A DNA stretch of 63,984 bases, filler included, from Perkinsus olseni (taxonomy: Eukaryota), in assembly GCA_013115125.1 (NCBI GenBank). It is 5 parts of 5 records of this genome, joined end to end, with 100 filler letters (N's around TTAATTAATTAA, not from the genome) between each part and the next. Parts side by side here need not be neighbours in the genome. Positions count along the whole stretch, not along the records: positions 27,537 to 41,179 come from JABANN010000752.1; positions 41,280 to 54,900 come from JABANN010000753.1; 3 more parts are not named here. The stretch is one strand, 5' to 3'. Below the pieces are notes generated by a model. The model was not told the origin of the DNA. It was given only the letters and a program-made list of their open reading frames with translations, and did no database searches. Numbering within the stretch: the first letter of the stretch is position 1; every line of letters starts with the position of its first letter. The position numbers and the translations under genes were made by a program. Shown one piece after another: positions 39,154 to 51,424 of the stretch.

Positions 39154-40539
39154 TCACTCATGTTGGTCCTGAGCAGGGCAGTAGTGCAATCTCCTAGCCA
39201 GAAGGAGTACTGAGGCAAAGTACACACCTGCAACAAGGGGATGGATGTCACACGATAGACCGCCGAATAGCTTACTCTGAGTGAGGACGAATCGCTTGAA
39301 TTGTGGTAGGTTCCACAAATGCCTGTAGCGCATTATTGGTAATACAAGGCTACCACAAGCCCACATAATACCCTAACAATAACGATCAAGTAGCATGAAT
39401 ACTATACACCAACGATAAACGTACCAAGTCTAGATGGGAACCTTCAGGGAAGATAGAGGCTAGCCCAACTGCCGAGAGAAATCCAATCATGATACCTAGA
39501 GGTGACCCATCTCCAATTGATATGGTATGGCAGTGACGATGATGATGATACCTGCCATTCTTGAAGCTGCAAAGTATTGGGGTTGATGATAACAGCAAGG
39601 CCTGAGTAGACCTAATTCGAATACCAGATGGTGTGGTATAGAGAGTTGTTGATGTTGGACCTACAGACGACCCTATGACCATGACTACCCATCCGGGCCC
39701 ATCCCAGGCCCATATTACCATCATCAATGCTATTTTCTCAGCATCAGCTGCTGGAACCCCGATATTCGTGGCATAGTTTACATACTCCTATACAGCATGG
39801 AGACCATGATAAAGAGAGGTAATAGTAATAAGAGTGGATACCTCGACCTCGTGCTCAGGGGCTATGTCATGTTCCCATCGTTCTCTGGAGAATTCATGAT
39901 TGTAATGATGTATAGCAGCACGATCACTCCCTGCATCATGGATACGTATTAGTCTTCAGCATCCTCTTCTCTCCCTTACCAAAAGAATCAACACCAGCGT
40001 TTAATGCTAGAACAGCAGCTAGGCCAATGGTACTAATGATGCTTGATAACGACTTTTCTCGAAAGTTAAGGTCCAATCCTGCTGCTACCAGTGTGCCTGC
40101 AAGACAAGGGTAGCAGCAACAGAGTACGCTAGTCTTAGTAGTATGCTTACATGTTGAGGTGAAGCCAATATCAACTGCTCCTCCGAAGTAGAACAATAAA
40201 GGTGATACCATCTGATGCCTGAAGAGCCATCACTGAAGAAGTATGGTTGTGGTTGACTACTACCCTTGCTCTGTATCTGGATCGGAGGATCCTCTCATCT
40301 CGTCGAAATGCCACAGCCTGTATCTGATGATGCTGATGATGATCGGGGGGCTTATTGTCCTCTGAGTGAGTCCTATGATCTTCTTCTCACTTAGTGAGCC
40401 TCCTGCTAGGCCTTCGTTCCATATCACCTTGAGTAGCTGCTGAACACGATGAGGAGTCTATCGACCCTGTACGACGAGCCTCTAACATGTCATGGCCGCC
40501 TACTAAGCTACTACTGCTCGTTGGACTTGTTGCTGACAT
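39154..40539 (-). CDS. VIT1/CCC1-like membrane transporter (divergent), multi-exon
   Basis: Hydrophobic segments flank HEFSRERWEHDIAPEHEVE/EYVNYATNIGVPAADAEKIA, similar to the VIT1/CCC1 cytosolic 'RE.WE....PE.E.EE...Y...G' domain. Confidence 0.5.
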
Positions 40540-41179
40540 GGTGATGACTATATAGTAAGATGCCTGATATGATGATGATGATGATGATGATGATGATTGT
40601 TGTTGTTGTTGGTTTATGGTATTACTGGATACATTGTCATCTTAGTAACTATAAACACGACTCGACTCTGTGGAACACGAGGAATACGTTGTAGTACTAC
40701 AACAAGTACAACAATAATGAAAGAGGAAGAATAATAACCTCAGTGGTGGTGGTGGATGATGACAGTAAACTTTACTGTGTAAAGGTGGTTCATATAAATT
40801 ACCCAATACAACTATGTGGTACTACTGGTAGTAGCTGCTGTTCGATACGATAAACTGAGTAACAATAAAAGAGCGACGATGAGCGATACTAAGGTTTCTG
40901 AGATGGGAGCACTGAGTCGCGTGCCATGGCTTATCACTACGGAACGAAGGAGCATTAACTGAATGAATGGGTTACTCCTAGAACCCCGTCATCATGAAGC
41001 GAGGGGAGCTACAGGTGCTAGACGCACTGATATGAGCTCGTTCGCTAATGAGTCGAATGTGTATCGAACCAGTTCATCACGAAAATGAACAGATTCTGAA
41101 ATGCAGGGCTGTGTCGATCACCCCCTGAGGGAGATCGAGGTGGGCGAGCGCTCCTTACTTGTCTGTGACCGTCACAACC

Positions 41180-41279
41180 NNNNNNNNNNNNNNNNNNNNN
41201 NNNNNNNNNNNNNNNNNNNNNNNTTAATTAATTAANNNNNNNNNNNNNNNNNNNNNNNNNNNNNNNNNNNNNNNNNNNN
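41180..41279. other. Assembly spacer (N run with TTAATTAATTAA linker)
   Basis: Same 100-nt spacer. Confidence 0.98.
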
Positions 41280-41957
41280 GAATATATACTAATCATCATC
41301 AGCGCTTCGCTCACACTGGGCGAGCGCGCTTATCTCTCGCTGGGGTGAGACATGACCCGAGCTCGGAAAAACGCGAACGTGCGCCAAGGCAGCAGAAACT
41401 CATCCATAAAACTGAGATATAAGTTATGTGGGATATTGGCTCAGGCACGGCTATCGCAAACTGAACCAGGGCCTCACCGAAGGCTATCTCACTCCTCAAC
41501 TTGATGCACAACAAGTCGTAGTACTCCGTCTTCTTCGCATACTCTATCTGTGCCACTGCTAGCTCCTTCTTGACCTCTTCCCCCTCCGAATCACAGCCCT
41601 GTCTCTTTCTCAATCGTGCTTGCGGATTGCTCTACAAAGGACTGAAGGGAATGAACACTGTATCCTTAGCGACAGGTTCGTGAGCATCCCGAATAGACTT
41701 CTCGCCAGCTTCGTCGGCAAAGATCTTATCGGTGTCGGCATCTAAATTCGGAGCCGAAGGACTGGAACCAGCCCCCTGGGGAAATCGACTTTTCTGAGGG
41801 ATCGCACTTCAATCCATGGACTCTCGGAATTGGATTTCCAAGATTCGGAACTCGGTAACCGAGTGCTTGGACTCGGACTTAGCTTAGCACTTAGACTTGG
41901 ACTTAGCACTTCAACCGGCTCCAGGAGTCCTCTTCGTCCCCACCACTTCCCTTCGGA

Positions 41958-42692
41958 ATGGTTGATCTATCACAAGCCGACGTCCAGGAACTCCGAGGAG
42001 TGTTCCAACTTTTGGACACCGACGGCAGCGGGAGTATATCCCCTGCTGAGCTGAGGCACCTGTTGAGGTCTATCAGTGAGCTCAGTCTTCTCGAGGCGGT
42101 CCCTTGGGTCTCTCTCGAACAGGTGTGAATCTGACCATGGACGAGCTAGAGGAGTTGGTCGCTGAGGTTGACAAGGATTGCTCTGGTATGCCCCTGATCT
42201 GTCGCGTCCGTGCTTCACAAGTTGCTGGCAGGTGCAATAGAGTTCGACGAAATCCTCGCTATCCTCTCACGTGATGTCAACCCGCCTTTCTCCCCGGCCG
42301 AGGTTGAGACGGTGAGAAGTGGCGAAGCCTCTGCAGCACTGCGGAGTCTCTGGCCTCTCATCAGTCTTTCCGCATGATAGCAAGGAATGCACCGCGAGGG
42401 TACATACGTATGAAGGACTTAGAAGAGGCTCTCAGAGTGCACTTGAGAGACGTTGACCACTACGACATCAGTGAACTCCTGCGGGCTTATATGGTGAGGC
42501 GCTGCTGGATTCTCCTGGCGCCCAGTCTGTTGTACTCAGGACTCCACTGTGAACCATCCGTCGAATCCTGATGTTGATTACTTTAATTACCAAGCCTTTA
42601 TCGACCTCATGATGCACGGCCTGGCGGGGCAACCACTGAACAAGAAGAAGGGCCGCCCTACCAAGCAGAATACGAGGAAGCCCAGTTGTTAA
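41958..42692 (+). CDS. Calmodulin/centrin-like EF-hand protein, multi-exon
   Basis: ELRGVFQLLDTDGSGSISPAELRHLL; ELEELVAEVDKDCS/GAIEFDEIL; degenerate C-lobe; TAA at 42690-42692. Confidence 0.85.
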
Positions 42693-42821
42693 CGCTGAAC
42701 CGTTGTGTTGAGTTAGTATGCCGAGTTTGCCGGGCTTGAATAGAGTAAGGGGATGACGACGCCGTCCTAGCCGCTCAGCCGATCACAACGCTACGTCATC
42801 CCAATTCGTGCTTTCGAACTG

Positions 42822-43740
42822 ATGGATCAGGTCTTGATTCTTTCCACTATTTTCCTAAGTTTTGTCTCGAGTACCGTTTATCACGATCAAGTGGGTGATC
42901 CACGTATCCGAATCACTATCCATGGATCAGATCGCACGTGGTTCTCATATTTGAGGATCAGAATACTTGTTTATGACTCAGCTGAGGGAGTTGACGGATC
43001 AGGTCCCACGGATCGGAGCACGTAGGCCGTAGAGTTGGGCACGGTTAGGTAAAATGCGAGTGTGGCTCTCTTGGCTCATTCGTCGCGTTTCCAACGGGGT
43101 CCGGCTAAACAGCCCGGCAGGTTAGGTCGTCGGACGGACAAGCAATCAATCCGGGTTCTATCCTCACCGTTGACAATTTAAATCACTGATCTAAGACCCA
43201 GGGAGATCAAGGATCAGATCAACTTGAGGGTACCGCTAAGGAATGGCGCCGTAACAGGATCGGACCTCTGTAACACGGTAAAACAGAGTGATTCTGTGCG
43301 TGAGACGATTTTCGGATGATGCATTCGTGCCTTTGAATGATTCGTTAACCTACTTTGATCCACTGAGCTAGTGGATCATGGATCACCGAAATTTCTCAAC
43401 GAGGCCGAGAATTTCTCAGATCCGCGATCCACGGATCACGGATCACGAATTTCTCTCACGGATCAAGGATCAGAATCAAAAATGTGGATCACGCGCGATC
43501 TGGATCACGAACCGCGTATCAGGATCGTGGATCAAGATTCTGGCTCATGAATCAAGGTTCAAGATCAAGAATCACGGATCAGAATCGTCATTGCGGGATC
43601 TGGATCGGACTTTTCGGATCTCGGTATGATCTGGTTCACGGAGCCGGATAAATGGTGCCCCTGGATCATCGTCCAGATCCGTGGATCAGGATCCGCATAC
43701 CTACCCTGATTTCACTGAAGTTGCTGAGCCGCGAGATCCA
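42822..43740. mobile_element. GATC-rich non-coding repeat, probably a non-autonomous DNA-transposon end (hAT-like)
   Basis: Dense GGATC/GATCA/GATCC repeats in both orientations; ends ..GATCCGCATACCTACCCTG (reverse CAGGGTAGG.., TIR-like). No partner TIR was found. Confidence 0.45.
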
Positions 43741-43929
43741 GACTGTTGTTGTGAATCACAACTTGTGATGCTAACGGTGTCATGCATGTTGCGAAGTTGT
43801 TCAGATTTCCAATCTCGAAGTTGTTGCGCGCTGCCTTCGATGTCAACTCCATACAGACTAATAACACAATCCAGTGGTGGTCGTCAACTTGGTGCCCGGG
43901 CGGCAGTTCATACTATCAGCTCCCAGGGC

Positions 43930-46480
43930 ACATAAACTGAATGCTATGCATGCATTGCCATGAACGATGGCTCATGATGGACGGCTCACACCGAATTTAG
44001 CTTTTATATGGGGTCCTGAGATGCACCAGATTCGAGGCCGATTCTCCAGGACAGCCTCACCTCCACGCAGCTGGACTGACCCCCCTGCTGATACCCTCAA
44101 CCGTAACATCCACATCATAGCGGCTGCGGCAGCGACTCTGACGTGTCACTCGCTAGACGAAAAGTAGTGGTAGTCGCCAACTCACTTGGTCGCTCCTGAA
44201 TTTGTCGCAGCCGCCACTAATCGACTGGCTACTCCTCGAGAAGGCACGCTCCTCTCCAGCTCTGAGGTTGGGTGAATCTGCACATGCAGGTACTCAGGAC
44301 TGCCTGCAGTGAGACGAACGGGAGGCGCTGGAGCTCACTTCAGCTTCCTGCATTTTGCCATCCAACATAGCGCGACTCAGCAACATACGAGCGGCACTGT
44401 GCCATCTTTTGCTGAGGAGCCGTAGCTCCTCGGTCTTCCTCTGTAGTTCTGACTCTCTTTTTGCGAGCTTGCTGTAGGCCTAGCGATGCGAAGGGGATGC
44501 AGTACCCTCAGTTCCAGCACGGCCGTCCGAACTGAGAACGTCCCACCTCCTCGAGCTGAATTGCCAGAGTCGAAGTTTGCTGCCGAAGACTGTTAATCTT
44601 TTGATAAGCACAGGCTACTGCAGCGACCACGACGGATGCACAGAGGGCATGGGGCAACCGACCTAATCCGCAACGACGGGGATGGCACAAGGGATACCGT
44701 CGCCTCGGCTGTTCCTACCTCTTGTAAGCAATGAAAGTGACGACGCCAGTCGAGACTTGAAACGATTCTCGGGAACCAGTCCAAGAGCGGCATGGCTGAC
44801 ACAGCACGCTACTCAGAGAGAAGGCTGCCTTACAGTTATATTTACTCTATGGTGACACTCGTTATCCTCGTACGATTATCAAGGCTAGGCGTCGTCATTG
44901 GACGCGAGAGATCTGCAATCAACTGAAGGACGGGACTCGACCCAGGATTCTTGGTGTCTTTGACAACGCAAGGAGGCCCGAATGGTGACACGTCAATGGC
45001 AGAGATGATAGCAGTTATCGAGCACCGAACAACCGCCTATCGTGCCAGTATTGAAGAAGAGCTCAAGCTCTTTGCAGTCCTCATCTGTCTGAGCCCAGAA
45101 GGCGACTAATGGTGACAAGTAGTGGAACATGCCGTCCAGCATCTCCGACAGAGCTTTTCCTCGGGACCGGAGGAGGTAGGCCAACTGCAGCTCTGGAGAA
45201 CGATGGAAGACGTCGGCGAATTCCTGAGAGTCGGAGACTCAGCAGCAGCACACAATTGCTCGGCTTACTTCGCGTCCCTCAAGCACTATACCAAAGGGCG
45301 AGTCCCTCGCGACCTCGATGATCTCCTCGAGAGCCTGCTTATACCCTGAGAAAGAATAGCTGGTGCTGGGAAAAATTTTCCCAAGGCTGGCGGCCTACGT
45401 TTCAACAGATCCCCAGCTCGTTGCCATGCTTCACTACTACGCATATCTTCGAGCTCGCGCTGCCTTCTGACCGCACATCCGAGTGCAAGGCAGCTCAACC
45501 GACGATTTGCCAGAGCGATCCCGGGTGGCCGGTAAGGGCGACGTGCCTGGCACGAGTAACGGAAGAGGGCACGCCAGGTTCAGCCGGCAGACGCCTACCT
45601 CCGAGTCATCATCGTCGAAGACGCTTGCTATCTTCATGGTGACTGGGCGCTGATCAGAGTCGGGTGGCTCCACGTCGGCGAGATCGAAGAGAATGAAATC
45701 GAGGATGTTCCGAAGCAGGGGAACGTCGAGGGCCATAAGCTCGGCCGTCATGATGCTCCGTACGGCTGTGCCGATACTGAAATGGATACCCCCCCCGGCT
45801 GCCCAGGCCTCAACTCGAAGGTGAACAGATTGGCACATACACCGGTAGAATGGAGCATAAATTCTCGAGGAACACATGAAAGTATGAACATCAGTGAACA
45901 ACCAGGGTGTCCATTGAACAGATGTGAGTACAGTAAATGAGTTCACGCGAGGCTCTTCAAGCTGGGCAGGTCGTCCATGGTCCACGTAGAAGTGCCTGCC
46001 AGAATTCAACCTCGCCGATTGACCAGCTGCTCGTTGCTGTCTTACCACACGGTGCCCCGCTGTCACGGATCACACGAAGCCTCCTGCTGCCACCGAGATC
46101 ACGCAAGGACGCCCCCTGCAAGTCCATGAGCTGAGCGACTCCAGTCATGTCCGCTGCTCGGACGAGTGCGAAGCTGAATGACGAGTCTACGAATAGCTAC
46201 GACGGTGAGAGCTGACCCGCGGGGCTTCAGAGTAATGGGGCACGCTAGGACTTTGCACTCGGTAAAGCGGATGCCCTTCTTTCCCGCCAGCCACTTCGCC
46301 AACTCCTCCTGCTCCATATCTGCAAAGCGGGCCACTGACCTCTCGGCAAATGTCCTTAGGATTTTTCAGAATGGCAGTGGGATGAGCCTTACCCGATGGG
46401 AGGTTCTCCAGCCGCACTCCCAGAAAGGCCGACTTCCCCATGCTGCTGCTCGCGGAGCCGCGACGACCCTTCAAGGCAGA
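43930..46480 (-). CDS. Hypothetical multi-exon coding region with coiled-coil end (possibly the 3' part of the ankyrin gene)
   Basis: Exon-like ORFs (VHTFMCSSRIYAPFYR..; DGMFHYLSPLVAFWAQ..; AYQKINSLRQQTSTLAIQLEE) with GT-AG borders. No family recognised. Confidence 0.45.
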
Positions 46481-49400
46481 CGCACCTGAGACGAGAAGTC
46501 CCATCGCTGAGCGTCTACAGTGTTATCACCATCAAGCGTGAGGCTGGCCCTTCTCATGCTCTCCTTCTTCTTGTTGCGGGCTGCGGGTAGGAGGCTCTGG
46601 CTCAGCTCGTGATTGCCCGCTTGCTTAGCAATATCGGAAGCGGTACGGCCTAGAAGACTACGTGTATGATGACCACGGAAGGGCCCAGGTCTACCCTCGG
46701 CATCCCTCTGGCTGCAGGATCCCCCCGCACAGATGAGGAGGTCGGCCATATCTGATCGGCCAACCTTGGCGCAGTGCATGAGCGCTGTCCAGCCTTGGCT
46801 GTCGTCGGCATATTTCAACTGCAATACACAGGCGTGCGAAGGCTCGGCAATGACCCAGGATTGGTCTCACATGGTCAACGCCGTCTCCTCTGGGCACGTC
46901 CGACAAGATCTTGAGGAAGGTCCTCAGACCGACCGCTGTCACCCCTGGTGCTCCTATCAGAAGCATCAGTGCAGACCGACCCTCCTCATCAGTCGCCGTC
47001 AGCCTGAGGTCCATGAGCAGCTACTGTAGGCAGAACAGCGGCCATGTATCGGAACCTACGCTGTGTCCCTCTCCCCCTCTGCTGCTGTATGACAATATAT
47101 TGCTTGAGCGGCTTCCACGAAGCCCGCGGCACAGGCCACTAAGATCTGCGAAGGGCGATGAGAGCGAACAGGCAGGAGTCCTCAGGCGGCATCATAAGTA
47201 CAGCGTTCATCCCACGGGTATCCGCATGATGGATGGGATGACTCCAGGTGACCGTATTCTCTCGCGGCTGCGTCGCTCCGCTCGACCCTCCCACCGAGCT
47301 CCGCGCAGACGGAGGCGACGGGCTGGTGAACGCCTTCCTGCTGAGGATCTCGACGCACGACTCAGTCGCTCCACTGGAGGAAAGAAAGATCCATACTCCA
47401 AGTCAAACAACACTCGGAGGTTGCTCGTAGGAGAAACCCACCAGTGAGCTGCATAGAGGAGCGCAGTGTACTGCTTAGCCGTGTTCAAGTTCGCTGCCGT
47501 GAGTAGCGTCCTGTTCGAAGGCTCCAGAGTGTCGATGGCCAGCTTGGTCGTGAGACGATCATTAGATTCTATGGCGAGCGACAGCAGCGTGTCACCTATC
47601 ACCATCACATAATCACCGTCCAGACAAGTGCTGCTTAGTCATCACCCGCGAAGGACACGTCATGCGCTGCCTTGATTCCAGTCCTTGCCCCGGCCTCGAT
47701 GATCATGGCACAGATGTCAGAATGCCCCGAGGCAGCGGCGAAGTGCATCGCCGTCCATCCTCTGACTCTCTCCCGAATGTTAGTCCCTACATGAAGCGAA
47801 AGTGCAGGGAGACTCTCCGAAACCTCGGCCTACGCGCTCCCGCCCTCAACAACGTCCTCGCAAGCATGCTTAGGCCCCTGACGAGCAGACAAGTCCCCTA
47901 CCGCCAGCTATGAACAGTCGACTGACCTCAGACAGGTCCACATCAAAGCCGACATCCTCCTCCCATCTGGGTCGTCGTCTAGCGTGTCGGGGCAGGCGCC
48001 AACTTCTAGGCATTCCCGGAGCTGAAACAGCCAAGGTGACTCCCACTCCGATGCAGCGCGAAGACTCACCGGGCCAAGCTGTGCCTCTTGTTGCTCCTCT
48101 GAGACCCCGCATGTCTTGACGATGTCCATCAGCCTACCACAAGAACGATGGTAAGCCAGCCCCGCTGTCGTCACCGCCGGCGCACTTCTCGCTGGCTTCG
48201 GCAAGGTTGATCAGCTTGGTACGGATCTTGTGCAATGTCCTCTTGTTGGTGGTGGTAGCCAGCTCTTCCGACTGTTCACCACTCAGAGACAGGAGGTCCA
48301 CCGCTACTCGAGGGTCGGCACCTGCGGAGATGTCGAACTAGAATCGCTTCACAGCTAAGGAATGACCCCTGGCAATGAGCAGTTTAACCCCATCCATGGA
48401 TCCCTCCAGAGTCGACTTCAAGATTCCTGCCCAGCGAGTATGGTCATCGGCGCCGTACTCGATCGCATCAGCATCACTCGGGCCTGTTGCAATGAAGTCA
48501 CCCATGATACTGCTGCAGCAATTTACTGTGATCTTCGGTGCTGGGAACGTCATTATCCTCCACGACGCCTGCCGCGACCAGCCGTTTCATAGCTTCAATG
48601 TTGTTGATTCGGGCCAGTCTAAGACGATCTGCTCATCATCGGCCTTCCGACCGGGCCAAGCAACACCTTAGAAGCTCACGATTGACACGAGACGCTGCCT
48701 GTAGCCACTCGATGGTCTTCAACTGATGGTCGACTAAGGCCGGTCCAGTCGGTGGCTGGCATGTGGATGGTATGCTTCTCACCTGCCTCAACTGGGGTCT
48801 GCCCCCAGCAGTCCTCAATGTCGAGACGGCATCCGAACTCTCCTGCCAGAATCAACACCTGCGGAATGGGCAACCTCTCCACACGACAAACTCCATCACT
48901 CACTGCGCTCAGCTTGCCCAGTCGAGCGGCCCAGTGGAGGGACGTCTGACCGTCCAAGTCCTGAGTGTCCACGCCATCGCCATGATCGTAGCTATCAGGT
49001 TGCAGCGCTGTGGATGCCCTGGGCCTGACCGTTCGTCTGAGCAGTTACAACTCCCACGCCTCTGAGTTTACGAATTCCGTATGGTGCCGGCGAGTAACCT
49101 CACGCAGTCGTCGTGCCCCTGCATAGCAGCCCAGTGGAGGGGGGTCCATCCACGGCAGTCAGACCGCTGACAACGATACCACAATCGAGAAGACGGTGGA
49201 GCCATCTCGGCGAAGTGGAGCCCGCCTCACTCCGACATCAGCTTTGAGTTCCATCAGTAGCTTAGCCATGGTCGTATCTCCTCTACGGCTTGCCACCTGG
49301 GACCGGCAAGCCCATGGTAGGTTTTCATTCGATGTAGCTCCTACTGCTAGGGCAGTCACTTGCTCCTCGCCTCCTGGAGCTTCGATGAGCATATGGGGCG

Positions 49401-50430
49401 GATGCTGCTTCTGGTGAGGGCCTATAGAGATGACGCTACCCGGGATCGAACCGAGGACTTATCCATACCCTCAGCTGCCACAGCCCGATGCAGCCCATCA
49501 TGTCGTGCGAGGACTCTGAGCAAGCTTTCACCTTTCTCTCCCGAGTGATGCGCTGCTATCATCGCCAGAGACCAACCGAACTCATCATGGCACCTGGTAA
49601 CAACTTGTCCTCCGAGTGCCTTCTGAGCGACCTACTGCGCGATCTCTTCCGGGTCGACTTCGTGCAGGACCTTATCGAGCGCCACTGAGTTGAGGTTATT
49701 ACACGCGCCAATAGCTCCCGTCTTGTCGAGCCGTCGCTCATACCTGAGCGATACGGTTACCGATCCTCGACTTGGCGGCGACGAAGTTGCACGCTGCGTC
49801 TCAATACACTTTCGCAGGAGGAGGAGGCTTCTCTGCTTCCACACTATCTCCACTCGGTAGCTTCAATGAGGACCTCGTTCTACGCTTCCTGAGGACTGGC
49901 TGGCTTCCGGGAACGGTAAGACTGAGATAGCAGAGGAAGGCTGACTGACGACAGCAGTAGGCTTGATGTAGCAACGGGCTACTTCGATGACCCGTGCGGA
50001 TGCTTCTTGCCAGCACTCTCGGCGGAAGCCGAAGACACTGCTTTCTTCGCCGTCGTGATTGTCACGAAAGGTGGAGGGATTACTGAGCAGTCCCAAAGAG
50101 TTGATTGACAAACACAGAGTGTCTCGAAGAGCGAAACGGGAGATCAGAAACGCACAGTGCATGTCACCAATAGATGTGCATTCGACCGCCCTCAATCACT
50201 GGCTTCACTGGTACGACCTCATTCACGTCCGCCATGCGCCATATCCTACCACTCTCTGTGATAGGCACGAAGTTGTCTCCCGACGGGTTCGCAGGATCGG
50301 GCTCGTACCTACAGACGATAGCCACCCGGAGCAAGGGAGATGGTAGAGGCAAGCGTACACCATGCCGGCCTCCATGATGACCATATGCTCTGCCACGGGG
50401 CCCGATTCATCGGCTGATGGGTCAGGCACC
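46480..50430 (-). CDS. Large ankyrin-repeat protein, multi-exon (boundaries uncertain)
   Basis: Ankyrin units: GWTPLHWAAMQGHDDCVRLL; DGQTSLHWAARLGKLSAV; DCWGQTPVE; YTALLYAAH; GRSALMLL; GWTALMHCAKVGRSDMADLLICAG; GRTASDIAKQAGN. Confidence 0.85.
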
Positions 50431-51246
50431 GTTCGACTGCCGATGAGCTGAGGAATCGCTATCTAGACGATATAACGGCGATCTGTCTCACCGCTTCGCC
50501 GTGCCGGTCCTCTACCCAATAAGACTGTCGCATACTTACTACAACATGCATCCTCGCGACTAAACCTGTAGGACCGATTAGCCGCCTCGCGACGGTGGGA
50601 TCCGCTGCTAGGGCTCACCGGACTCCCTGGCTAGCTGCAAAGCGTCTCGAAAGATGTGTCTTTGCTCAGTGCAGAAGCGATTACCGTAGAGCCGGAACAA
50701 GTCCAATTGTGGATCTGCAGATGCGGACACGATGACAAATACGTGTCACCGTCTTCGTGCAGTCTTTCGAGCGCTGCAGTTCCATGATTGGCGCGCGAGA
50801 CTGCAACAACTGGCGAGAGCGTTGCGCCACGAACTTGCAGCGGAGGTCACTAAGACTTCGAGTGCCGGCAGCCTCCGAGCCGTTCTGCCGCACCGAGCGG
50901 GCAACGCGGGATCGAGCCGACTCGGTACGTAGCCGCACACGATAACCGTAGTAGAAGGTTCGGGGAAGAGTAGGACTCACGGAGCATTGTGAAGCCTTAC
51001 TTGTTTCCTTAGTTCCGGCTATCCAAAACTGCTTATCAACGCGCGACCCCGCAAATTTGTGTATCTCAAAACTGTGTTGGATGTCTCCTACAAAAACAAC
51101 AATGAACGCAACGTTACCATCCTACACGTCGTGAGAATTCAACCATAAGCAGGGGTCTTCCGGCAGGTCGTATGCGAGGAAACCAAGCAGAGGTCCTTCC
51201 GAAAATCTCCTGGTATACAGGAGCAGATGAGCACCTCAAAAACATG

Positions 51247-51319
51247 GCTCCGCTAGCTCAGCAGGCAGAGCGTGTGGCTGTTAACCACAAGGTCGGTGGT
51301 TCGATCCCATCGTGGAGCG
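51247..51319 (+). tRNA. tRNA-Asn(GTT)
   Basis: GCTCCGCTAGCTCAGCAGGCAGAGCGTGTGGCTGTTAACCACAAGGTCGGTGGTTCGATCCCATCGTGGAGCG forms a cloverleaf with anticodon GTT. Confidence 0.93.
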
Positions 51320-51424
51320 CTCATCCAAATCGTAATCTTTGATATTCGGTGATCTGATTTCCGTGTACTAGGACGGGCCACACTCCGAGCCATATCTCGA
51401 GTGTGGTATTGGAGCCTAATCCCT

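Noticed and set aside
41311..41910. Minus-strand ORF fragment and short ACTTAG/ACTTGG repeats
   Set aside because: Interrupted by a stop, truncated at the contig end, no recognisable motif.
42750..42802. 9-bp inverted repeat GGGATGACG..CGTCATCCC
   Set aside because: Too short, and without a clear TSD, to call a MITE.
43060..43080. TGGCTCTCTTGGCTCA resembling the spliced leader
   Set aside because: Inside a repeat region with several mismatches, no following GT donor or Sm site and no adjacent start codon; not an SL RNA gene.
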